From: an uncultured bacterium
GTDB lineage: Bacteria; RBG-13-66-14
Length of the DNA stretch: 43,967 nt
NCBI GenBank assembly: GCA_964577465.1
Contig: CAZNZF010000003.1
Coordinates: 28,880-72,846, forward strand
Reading direction: 5' to 3'
Each line of letters starts with the position of its first letter. Position 1 is the first letter of the stretch. Below the pieces are notes generated by a model. The model saw only the letters and a program-made list of their open reading frames with translations. It searched no databases and was not told where the DNA came from. The position numbers and the translations under genes were made by a program. Positions 36,560-43,967 of this stretch are shown here, one piece after another.

Positions 36560-37990
36560 CTACTGGGTGTCCTGGACGAAGAAACCGGTGCGGCGCAGCC
36601 TGTCCACCTCTTCCTTCATCTTGGGGAACTCCTTGGCCACGACCTCTATCATCTCCTGCTGGGAGATGGCCGTGGTGCGGCCCTCGTTGTACTGCTGCTC
36701 GACCCAGGCGGCGACGCGCTTGATGCGCTCGTCGTTCTTGTCGATTTTGTCCGCGTCCTTGGCGCCGGAGAAGAACGAATGGGCCCAGTAGGCGATGCCG
36801 GCGAGTCCGGACTTGTCGGTGATTGCGATTCCGGGCGGGCGGTTCAGGATTTTAGTGGTGTCGAAGATGTTGTAGATTTCCTCGTCCTTGGTGAGCCCGT
36901 CGGCGTGGATGCCGGCCCGTGTCGTGTTGAAACTCGCCCCCACGAAGGGCATGTTCGAGGGGATTTTCTGGTGGGGGAAGTTCATCTGGTAGTAGTCGGT
37001 AATATCGTGGATGGCCACGGTGTCCATCCCGTCCAGGGTCCCCCTCAGGCCGGCGTACTCGAAGACCAGGCCCTCGATGGGGGTGTTGCCGGTGCGCTCG
37101 CCGTAGCCCAGGAGGGTCCCGTTGGCGTACATGCAGCCGTAGAGCCAGGCCGTGCTGGCGTTGATGAGCACCTTATAGAAGTCGTTGTGGCCGTGCCACT
37201 CGATCTGGGATTTGGGGACCCCCGCCTCGTGGTGCAGGCCGTAGACCAGCTTGGGCACGCTGCGCGGCAGCGCGGCGCCGGGGTAGGGGACGCCGTAGCC
37301 CATCGTGTCGCACAGGCGGATGGTGATGGGTATCTTGGCCTGGCTCGAGCGCTCCATCAGGACCTGGGCGAAGGGGATGACGCAGCCGTAGTAGTCGGCG
37401 CGGGTGACGTCCTCGAAGTGGCAGCGTATTTCGATGCCATCGGCCAGCGCCGCGTCCACCACCTTGAGGAATCCGTCCACGGCCTGCTGGCGCGTCTTCT
37501 TGAACTTGCGGTAGATGTGGTAGTCGGAGATGGAGGTGAGGACGCCGGTCTCCTTGAGGCCCATACCCTTGAGCAACTTGAAGTCGTTGATGTTGGCCCG
37601 AATCCAGGCCGTCACCTTGGGGTAGTCATACCCCAGCTCCAGGCACTTGCGCACCGCCTCCCGGTCCTTCTCCGTGTAGAGGAAGAACTCGGATTTGCGC
37701 AGGATGCCCTTCGGGCCCGCGAGCTTGTGCTCGAGCTTGAACAGGTCCACGGTCTGCTTGACCGAATAGGGCGGCCGGGCCTGCTGGCCGTCGCGGAATG
37801 TGGTACTGGTGATGAAAATTTCGTCGGGGGGGTCCATCGGCACGTCTTTGCCGTCGAAGGGAATCATGGGTGGGGCGGTGTAGGGGAACGCCTCGCGGAA
37901 GAGCTCCGGCTCGGCCCTGTCGTCGACGCCCACCTTCTTGCCCGTAGGCTCCCGCCAGACGCTCTTATTTTCCGGGATGAACCAGCTCAT
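36560..37990 (-). CDS. Re-citrate synthase (DRE-TIM / isopropylmalate synthase-related)
   Basis: N-terminal P.LFRE.FPY..PP extension, TTFRDGQQARPPY, SEFFLY, SDYHI, RCHFEDVTRAD, EWHGHNDF, FNTTRAGIHADGL.KDEEIYNIFDT; GGAGG RBS. Confidence 0.82.
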   Translation of the reverse strand: MSWFIPENKSVWREPTGKKVGVDDRAEPELFREAFPYTAPPMIPFDGKDVPMDPPDEIFITSTTFRDGQQARPPYSVKQTVDLFKLEHKLAGPKGILRKSEFFLYTEKDREAVRKCLELGYDYPKVTAWIRANINDFKLLKGMGLKETGVLTSISDYHIYRKFKKTRQQAVDGFLKVVDAALADGIEIRCHFEDVTRADYYGCVIPFAQVLMERSSQAKIPITIRLCDTMGYGVPYPGAALPRSVPKLVYGLHHEAGVPKSQIEWHGHNDFYKVLINASTAWLYGCMYANGTLLGYGERTGNTPIEGLVFEYAGLRGTLDGMDTVAIHDITDYYQMNFPHQKIPSNMPFVGASFNTTRAGIHADGLTKDEEIYNIFDTTKILNRPPGIAITDKSGLAGIAYWAHSFFSGAKDADKIDKNDERIKRVAAWVEQQYNEGRTTAISQQEMIEVVAKEFPKMKEEVDRLRRTGFFVQDTQ

Positions 37991-38119
37991 CTGAACCTCC
38001 TGACATGCAAGCTTCAGTGCTTCATTGAAAGTGTTTACGGGATTTTCGTGAAAAGAGCGCCTGACTGAATTAACACCGTTGCGGGGTAAGAAGAGTTCAT
38101 TCATTCAAACGCATTTTCT

Positions 38120-38148
38120 AGAGTAAGGTACGAAAAGGGTATTGTCAA
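38120..38148 (-). promoter_or_regulatory. sigma70 promoter of the Re-CS operon
   Basis: TTGACA (38143-38148), 17 nt, TACTCT (38120-38125). Confidence 0.7.
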
Positions 38149-38207
38149 GGGAAGGGCTCGGCCATCCCGGAGGTGTAAAATCCAATTTATGTCCAGTATT
38201 TACAAAT

Positions 38208-38246
38208 AAAAAGGCCACTCGATGGTAAATCGGAGTGGCAAAAAAA
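38208..38246. terminator. Intrinsic terminator after the methionine operon
   Basis: GCCACTC / GAGTGGC stem with a T-tract on the minus strand. Confidence 0.7.
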
Positions 38247-38265
38247 TATATAAATCCCTAGTCAA

Positions 38266-39429
38266 TTACGGTGATAAGCCGAGCCTCTCCGCCGCCAGGT
38301 TTCGGCCCGCGACCATGCTGGAGAGCTTGGCGAAGGTCACCTCCCAGTTGCGGGTGCGCAGGCCGCAGTCCGGCGCCACGAAGACCCGCCCCGGGTCCCC
38401 GATGACCTCGCAGGCGTAGAGAATGCGGTCGCGTACCAGCTCCGGCGGCTCGATGAAATCGGTGTGCACGTCCAGCACGCCCAGCCCCACGATGAAGCCG
38501 GTGTCCTTGAGGGAGTCCAGGATGCCGTAGCCGATTCTTTTATCCTTCGAGACGCCGGGCTCCCGGGAGTCGCGGTTGGCGTACTCCAGGTGCACTTCAT
38601 CGAGCACCCCCTCGAGCTCGGTGAGCCGGGGGAAGAGGAGGTCGTAGTTCGAGAAGCAGATGTGGACGGTGAAGAAGGCCTTCCCCGCCAGGTCGCCGAC
38701 GCTCGCGCGCGTGGCCTCGATGAACTCGGGAATTTCGTCGCGCTTGGTGGTGGCGGCGGGCTCGTCGATTTGCAGGAACCGGGCGCCCGCCTCATGGAGG
38801 GCGCGCAGGTTGGGATAGACTATGTCCCCGGCCACGTCGGTGAGGAACCGTCTGCGCGCCTCTTTTCGGGTTTCTCCGACGTCCCGGGCGCCGGGGGTGA
38901 CGCCGCTCTGGTAGTGCTCGTCGAAGGACCAGTCCACCAGCGTGTAGGCGCCGGTGACCGGAATCTTGACCTCCCGCCGGGCGAAGGCGGCGATGGTCCG
39001 GTACTCATCGGTGTGGTAGGGCGCTTCGAGGATGGGCTTCTCGACGCAGGAGGCCTTGCGGTAGTATTTGTCGTCGAAGCTGCGCACGTGGCCCCGGAAG
39101 GTGAAGCCGCCCATCCGGCGGACCGGGTACTCGTACATCTCCACCCGGTGCTGCTCACCGTCCCACACCAGGTCGAGCCCCGCCCGCTCCTGGAGGCGAA
39201 TGCCGTAGAGGGAGGAGAACCGGACGATACGGTCCTTCTCCTCGGCGGTGAAGCCGTCCCGCTTGGAGAGCAATTCCAGGAGCCCGCCCGCCTCCTCGAT
39301 ACCCAGCCGCGCTCCCCACTCCCGGGCGTGGTCGAGGTCGCCCTCGTCCAACGGGATGCGGCGGAAGGGCTTGACCCGCCAGGGGGGCTTGGCCATGGAG
39401 CCGATTTCGTGCGTCGGAAGCGGCCTCAT
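38266..39429 (-). CDS. metE: Cobalamin-independent methionine synthase, catalytic (C-terminal barrel) subunit
   Basis: EIGS, DGEQ.R, TGAYTL, QIDEPA; Zn ligands HIC, LEY and PDCGLR; single-barrel length. Confidence 0.85.
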   Translation of the reverse strand: MRPLPTHEIGSMAKPPWRVKPFRRIPLDEGDLDHAREWGARLGIEEAGGLLELLSKRDGFTAEEKDRIVRFSSLYGIRLQERAGLDLVWDGEQHRVEMYEYPVRRMGGFTFRGHVRSFDDKYYRKASCVEKPILEAPYHTDEYRTIAAFARREVKIPVTGAYTLVDWSFDEHYQSGVTPGARDVGETRKEARRRFLTDVAGDIVYPNLRALHEAGARFLQIDEPAATTKRDEIPEFIEATRASVGDLAGKAFFTVHICFSNYDLLFPRLTELEGVLDEVHLEYANRDSREPGVSKDKRIGYGILDSLKDTGFIVGLGVLDVHTDFIEPPELVRDRILYACEVIGDPGRVFVAPDCGLRTRNWEVTFAKLSSMVAGRNLAAERLGLSP

Positions 39430-40355
39430 CCCAGTATCTCCCGAAGATTAGTTACCTTGGCCTCCAGCACGGTCCGGGGGAGGAGCTCCGCCGGCCCGCT
39501 GGGGGTCAGGTGGATTTTATCATCCGGCAGCCTGTCGCGCAGGCTCGCCAGAACGCCCCGCAGCACGTCGGGGGATTCGACCAGTGTCGAGCCGGTGGCC
39601 AGGACGCCCGCCAGGAAAGCTTTGCCGTCCGGGATGCGCCCGAGGACGTCGTCCAGCGGATTCGCGTAGAGGTCCACCCCGAAGCCGTCCGCCGGCAGCC
39701 CGAAGAAATACTCCAGGTCATCGCCCAGGGGGAAGAAGGCGCTCACCAGATAAACGGGCGTCGGGGACAGGGCCTTGAGCCGGGCGATGAAGTCGGTGCC
39801 GATACGCCGGTCCTCATCGCCGAAGCCGCGGTAGCCGAAGCCGGGCTCGAAGAGGCACAGGGCCTTGTTCGGCAGCTTCACCAAAGGCTCCGCGGCCTCC
39901 AGCAGAATCTCGGCGATGCGCGGCAGACCGAGGCCCCGGGAGAAATCGCGGAAGACGAAGGGGAAGGGGAGCGTGAAGACCAGCCCCTCGTCCTTGTTAA
40001 AGAGGCCGTCGGTCAGGAAGTATCGGCCGACCCAGTCGTCCAGGCGGGAGGCGTCCACCGCGGCGTCGGGGGGGAATTCGAGGGTGCGCCAGAAGGAGTT
40101 GGTCTCGAAGAACCTCGCCAGGCCGTCCACCGCGCAGCCGGGGACGATTTCCGAAAAGGGACGCAACAGGTCGCCCCAGGCGAGCATACCGGGGGAGGCG
40201 TGGGGCAGCCCCTCCTGGAGACGCCGCAGGCCCAGGACGTCGGCCCGTCTCGCCTTCTCGAGCTCCCGGCGCCCGATGCGCCCCCGCTCGAAATCCCGCG
40301 TGGCGCGGACCAGCCCCTCGGAACGCGGCATGATGCCCGGCAGAAGAACGTCCAT
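39426..40355 (-). CDS. MetE N-terminal-barrel-like subunit (split MetE partner)
   Basis: GIMPRSE.L..ATR, G.L.W.DLLRP, L.RFFETNSFWR, G..G.D, VE, LPR.V...KV..L; no Zn ligands; ATGA overlap with the catalytic subunit. Confidence 0.75.
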   Translation of the reverse strand: MDVLLPGIMPRSEGLVRATRDFERGRIGRRELEKARRADVLGLRRLQEGLPHASPGMLAWGDLLRPFSEIVPGCAVDGLARFFETNSFWRTLEFPPDAAVDASRLDDWVGRYFLTDGLFNKDEGLVFTLPFPFVFRDFSRGLGLPRIAEILLEAAEPLVKLPNKALCLFEPGFGYRGFGDEDRRIGTDFIARLKALSPTPVYLVSAFFPLGDDLEYFFGLPADGFGVDLYANPLDDVLGRIPDGKAFLAGVLATGSTLVESPDVLRGVLASLRDRLPDDKIHLTPSGPAELLPRTVLEAKVTNLREILG

Positions 40356-40356
40356 C

Positions 40357-41244
40357 TCAGCCCAATCTCCCCAGGATGCGGCCCAGAATCCTCTCGGAGA
40401 GCCCCAGGTTCGAGTACATCACGTGCTCGACGTTGAACCCCAGCTTTATCCCGGTATCCTGCAGGTCCTTGGCCTTTAAATCGAAAACCTCATCGATGAC
40501 CCGCTCCACCACCTCGAAGGTGCGCTGCTCGATTCGCTCCTCCTCCTCCACCAGGTAGTCCAGCACGGCCGAGGGAAACTCGACACCCAGCCAGGTCATG
40601 AACTCGATGTCCCGGATGCGCGAGGCCGGGGTGAGGGAGACGTAGATCTCGGGGAACGGGAGTCCCTCCTCCCGACACCGGCGGTCGAGCTGGGCGAGAA
40701 CCTGCTTCATGTTGGCCGTCTCGAAGACGATCTGGGAGCAGAAGAAATCGATGCCCGCCTTTATCTTGGCCACGATGCGGTCCGCCTCGCGGGGGCGGGT
40801 GAAGATGGTGATGCCGCCAAGCCTCACGTCGGGGTAATTCTCCCGGACGAAGGACGCCGCCTCGGGGACGGACCAGCCCGGGTAATCGATGCGGTTGGAC
40901 TCGCCGCCCACCAGAATGAGGTCCCGGACGCCCCCGGCGTGGACCTCCCCGACCCAGTCCCGGAACTTGGGCGGCGGGACGCGGACGCAGATTTTATTCG
41001 GGACCAGGGCCACTCCCGGCAAGACCTCCCGCACCATCTCACCGAAGCGCACCTGGTCCATCTTCTTCAAAAAGCTCACCGCCCGGTTGCCGTCCCGGCT
41101 TTCGCTCACCACCTCGGGGATGTTCAACCGGGTGAGGTCGTTGGCCGCCAGGATACGGGCGACGCGGGAGGCCCAGACCCGGGCCTTGTCCTCCCGCCAG
41201 GACTGGGGGGGCGTGATGATTTCGAAGATGATGCCTTCAACCAT
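40357..41244 (-). CDS. Methylenetetrahydrofolate reductase-like protein (divergent/mycobacterial-type MTHFR fold)
   Basis: FEIITPP, NIPEV, LVGGES, GGITIF.R..E..R...K...G.DFF.SQIVF; first gene of the met operon; probable start ATG 41244 (the ORF extension to 41403 runs through the repeat). Confidence 0.72.
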   Translation of the reverse strand: MVEGIIFEIITPPQSWREDKARVWASRVARILAANDLTRLNIPEVVSESRDGNRAVSFLKKMDQVRFGEMVREVLPGVALVPNKICVRVPPPKFRDWVGEVHAGGVRDLILVGGESNRIDYPGWSVPEAASFVRENYPDVRLGGITIFTRPREADRIVAKIKAGIDFFCSQIVFETANMKQVLAQLDRRCREEGLPFPEIYVSLTPASRIRDIEFMTWLGVEFPSAVLDYLVEEEERIEQRTFEVVERVIDEVFDLKAKDLQDTGIKLGFNVEHVMYSNLGLSERILGRILGRLG

Positions 41245-41305
41245 AAAAAACCGTCGTACCAGTTCCCGATTCCAATCCGGTGAAACCCGGGGCACGCGCC
41301 GCGAC

Positions 41306-41389
41306 CGGAGGATAATTTGCCGGGGGCATAGCTCGCTTCGCTCGGTTCGCCGGAGGCGTAGCTCGCCGAGCTCAGTTTCGCGGAGGATA
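41306..41389 (-). repeat. Mini-insertion copy C: two tandem 30-nt units between 9-bp direct repeats CGGAGGATA
   Basis: DRs at 41306-41314 and 41381-41389; units at 41318-41347 and 41348-41377. Confidence 0.88.
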
Positions 41390-41433
41390 GCACACCGGCT
41401 CATCGGTCGCCAGGGTGAACCCGTCCCGTCTCC

Positions 41434-41442
41434 ATTATACCA
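41434..41442 (-). promoter_or_regulatory. Extended -10 promoter of the met operon
   Basis: TGGTATAAT (TGnTATAAT); no clear -35. Confidence 0.55.
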
Positions 41443-41520
41443 TCCGGCGACCCGGGCTCCGATGGTTGGCTCAACGCGCGACCGGGCTGGAGGTGAGCCT
41501 CGACCGGACCACCCTTTTAT

Positions 41521-42879
41521 CTATACCCCGACTCCCTTCCGGCGCTGGGTCGAGGTATCGGCAAGGAGTGATTGGGTTATCCCCCGAAAATTCCCGAGCC
41601 GGGTGGCGAAGACTATCGAGGCGAGAATGGCGGCGACCCCGCCCGCGAACATCGTCCACGGCGCGGTTATGAGGTCTGCGAGGCCGCCCACGAGAAGGCT
41701 CCCGAAGGGGAGGACCCCCATCATGGCGGTCGTGTAAAAGGCCATCACCCGGCCGCGCTTCGATTCGTCCACGATGTTCTGGATGACCGTGTTCGACGTG
41801 GCCAGTTGGGCCATCATCCCGAAACCGGCGACGACCATGAGGACGAGCGAAAGCCAGAGCGTTCTCGAAAAAGAGGCGAGAAGCAGCCCCGTGCCGAAGA
41901 TGAAAGCGGCGATGGGGATGATTTTCCACAGGCCGACGAAGGCCTTGCGCGACGCGAGAAACACCGCTCCGCCCAGCGCGCCCACGCCGATGGCGCCCAT
42001 GAGGAATCCGTAGGTGCTGGCGTCGCCCGCCAGCACGAGCTTCGCCATGACCGGCATGATCGTTATATAAGGCATGGCCGTGAGACTCAAAAATGAGAGC
42101 ATGATAAGGATGGACCGTATGGGCAGCGAGCGGAAGGTGTAGGACAGGCCTTCCTTGAGCTCGGTAAACACCTTTCCTGCGCCCCCGGCCGGCCTTGCGT
42201 GCTCGATGCGCATGGCGGCGAGCGAGACGATGACCGCGAGATAGCTCACCGCATTCAACAGGAAGCAGACCTTCTCGCCGAATCCGGCGATTACGAGCCC
42301 CGCGATTAGGGGTCCGACGAGCCTCGCGCCGTTGAACAGGGCCGAGTTCATCGCTATGGCCGAGGCCAAATCCTCCCGGCGGTCGACCATCTTTATGACG
42401 AACGCCTGCCGCGTGGGCATATCCACGGAGTTCACCAGGCCGATGAAGAGGCCCAGGGCGAATATGTGCCAGATTTGGACGACGCCGGTGTAGACGATGA
42501 CGGTCAGAATGACCGCCTGAAGCGTCGCAAGCCCCTGCGTCCAGATGAGTATGCGCCGGCGGTCGAGTCGGTCTATGAGGACGCCGGCGAAAGGCATGAT
42601 GAAGAGGGAGGGAATCTGGGTGACGAACCCCACCGCGCCGAGGAGCAGGGCCGAGCCCGTGAGCTTATAGACGAGCCAGGACATGGCTATCATCTGCATC
42701 CACGTGCCGACGACGGAAATGCCCTGACCCAGGAAAAAGAGCCGGTAGTTGCGATACCTGAAGGCCCGCAGCATGTGCTTCAAATCTGTGACCAATTTCG
42801 GATGATTTGCCAGGGGCATAGCTCGCTTCGCTCGGTTTGCCGGCGACGCCTCGGGATGATTTTCTTCCGGACCCATCAC
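41521..42879 (-). CDS. MFS transporter (MFS_3 / EntS-like), N-terminus carries repeat insertion
   Basis: RAFRYRNYRLFFLGQ.IS..GTWMQ, GVLIDRLDRRR (motif A), D.P.RQA, RGRVMA; 12 TM pattern. Confidence 0.92.
   Translation of the reverse strand: MMGPEENHPEASPANRAKRAMPLANHPKLVTDLKHMLRAFRYRNYRLFFLGQGISVVGTWMQMIAMSWLVYKLTGSALLLGAVGFVTQIPSLFIMPFAGVLIDRLDRRRILIWTQGLATLQAVILTVIVYTGVVQIWHIFALGLFIGLVNSVDMPTRQAFVIKMVDRREDLASAIAMNSALFNGARLVGPLIAGLVIAGFGEKVCFLLNAVSYLAVIVSLAAMRIEHARPAGGAGKVFTELKEGLSYTFRSLPIRSILIMLSFLSLTAMPYITIMPVMAKLVLAGDASTYGFLMGAIGVGALGGAVFLASRKAFVGLWKIIPIAAFIFGTGLLLASFSRTLWLSLVLMVVAGFGMMAQLATSNTVIQNIVDESKRGRVMAFYTTAMMGVLPFGSLLVGGLADLITAPWTMFAGGVAAILASIVFATRLGNFRGITQSLLADTSTQRRKGVGV
42800..42862 (-). 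repeat. Mini-insertion copy D: 54 nt in frame, between 9-bp direct repeats GGATGATTT
   Basis: DRs at 42800-42808 and 42854-42862; the unit at 42808-42837 is 29/30 identical to 41318-41347; protein reads NHP-EASPANRAKRAMPLA-NHP. Confidence 0.88.
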
Positions 42880-43022
42880 TCACCTGTTAATCTGTGTAGG
42901 GTATGGGCCGAAGTGGGGGATTTCCCCCCTCAAGGTCAAAACCGGGCCGATTATACCACCGGACATCCCGACGGCTGCGCCCTAATAACCGCCGCCCAGC
43001 GCCACCGGGCGGGAGACGAACC

Positions 43023-43051
43023 TTGACCGTCCCCGCCCTTTTCTTTATAAT
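43023..43051 (+). promoter_or_regulatory. sigma70 promoter
   Basis: TTGACC (43023-43028), 17 nt, TATAAT (43046-43051); a divergent TGGTATAAT for the MFS lies at 42950-42958. Confidence 0.75.
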
Positions 43052-43083
43052 TTACTTCCTTCTGGCGAACAAAAGGGGCGGTT

Positions 43084-43590
43084 TTGCACGAGGACCTGTC
43101 CAGCGCACAGCTCCACCGTCTCATCCGGGCCTACGCCAAGAGCTGGCTGGCCCACGACGGCTGCTGGTTCCTGGCGGTGGAGGAAGAGCGCGGCCTGGAG
43201 GAGGCGATTCGGCAGGACGAGCGCTCCTGGTCCCGCTTCGCCCCCCTCGAGGCCCGCCGGGTGATGGAGGCCCGGCAAATCGCCCCGGGAGGCGGTCTCG
43301 CGGCCCTGGCCGAGGCGCTGCGATTCCGGATGTACTCTTTTTTGAACGAGCAGGAGTCCGAGCTGGAGGGCGACCGGCTGCTCTTCACCATGACCGAATG
43401 CCGCGTCCAGGCGGCCCGACGCCGGAAGGGCCTCCCCCTCTTCCCCTGCAAGCCGGTGGGGACCACGGAATTCTCCGGCTTCGCCGGGACGGTCGACCCC
43501 CGAATTACCACCCGCTGTATCTTCTGCCCCCCCGATGAGCTTCCCGCGGGGGGTTTTTGCTCCTGGGAGTTCCGGATTAAGGAAGAATAG
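43084..43590 (+). CDS. DUF6125 family protein (Cys-rich, V4R-like)
   Basis: WLAHDG.WF.AVE, EARR, CRVQ.AR.RKGL..FPCK.VG, DPRI.T.C..CPPD, C.WEF. Confidence 0.75.
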   Translation: MHEDLSSAQLHRLIRAYAKSWLAHDGCWFLAVEEERGLEEAIRQDERSWSRFAPLEARRVMEARQIAPGGGLAALAEALRFRMYSFLNEQESELEGDRLLFTMTECRVQAARRRKGLPLFPCKPVGTTEFSGFAGTVDPRITTRCIFCPPDELPAGGFCSWEFRIKEE

Positions 43591-43718
43591 CGATATAAAT
43601 AAGATGTGGCCTTACACCCCGGACGGCGACCGTTGACAACCCGGGGCGGCCGTGATAGAAATAGCCCGTTTAACGGCCCATCGACCGGGCGGCGACGACC
43701 CGCCCCCCACCACCCGCA

Positions 43719-43865
43719 ATGACGAAGGACGAGCGCATCGGCACGGTTCAGGTTTACACCGGCGACGGCAAGGGCAAAACAACCGCCGCACTGGGACAGG
43801 CGCTGCGGGCCTGGGGCCACGGGCGCCCGCAGAGAGGCGCCCCTACGGGGGCGGGTTCGGGCTAG
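43719..43865 (+). pseudogene. cobO: Truncated cob(I)alamin adenosyltransferase (CobO/BtuR)
   Basis: MTKDERIGTVQVYTGDGKGKTTAALGQALRAWGHG is the CobO N-terminal P-loop; homology stops at a REP and TAG occurs at codon 49. Confidence 0.85.
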
Positions 43866-43905
43866 GGTGAGGGTCGCAGCGGCGGCCCGCGGGGGGCCGC
43901 CCTAC
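43821..43905 (-). repeat. Two GTAG-type REP palindromes
   Basis: GTAGGGGCGCCTCTCTGCGGGCGCCC (43821-43846) and GTAGGGCGGCCCCCCGCGGGCCGCC (43881-43905) on the minus strand. Confidence 0.8.
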
Positions 43906-43967
43906 ACCATCGCAACGAGCGAGGCACGGGCAGGGGTGAGGGCTACATTTGATAAAAGGTGAATTAT

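Noticed and set aside
36560-37990. Annotation as LeuA or homocitrate synthase
   Set aside because: Lacks the LeuA regulatory domain and carries Re-citrate-synthase-type motifs next to icd
41318-41377. Tandem 30-nt units as a CRISPR array
   Set aside because: No spacers, only two adjacent units, and no cas genes
41245-41403. 53-aa N-terminal extension of the MTHFR ORF
   Set aside because: It runs through repeat C and lacks family similarity; the fold begins at MVEGIIFEI. Translation cannot be fully excluded

Overview
A 44 kb, high-GC, mostly minus-strand chromosomal segment from a diderm bacterium that is probably anaerobic and uncultured. The LptC, T9SS-type C-terminal domains and a TWGxIK C-terminal tag suggest an FCB-associated candidate lineage such as Ca. 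Coatesbacteria (inference). About 31 CDS are present. These include five secreted or surface proteins, a histidine kinase-GH57-polysaccharide deacetylase unit, DUF58/VWA, three GT4s with lptC, and rplS followed by a second GH57, an MBL hydrolase and an RqcP-like S4 protein. Further along are an eRF1-like protein, a Re-citrate synthase-LeuCD/HacAB-icd-TPR operon, a split MetE + MTHFR operon, an MFS transporter and a cobO fragment truncated at GTAG-type REPs. The most unusual signal is a dispersed family of short modular insertions built from a 30-nt unit (AACCGAGCGAAGCGAGCTATGCCCCCGGCA). It has four clear and two degenerate copies, all at gene 5' ends. The four clear insertions have lengths divisible by 3 (81, 60, 75, 54 nt). 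Two sit in the centre of a CAAGGGG/CCCCTTG palindrome whose empty form is also in the window, and two are flanked by 9-bp direct repeats. Two add NRAxRxMPxA peptides in frame to protein N-termini. I recognised no rRNA, tRNA, CRISPR array or transposase.
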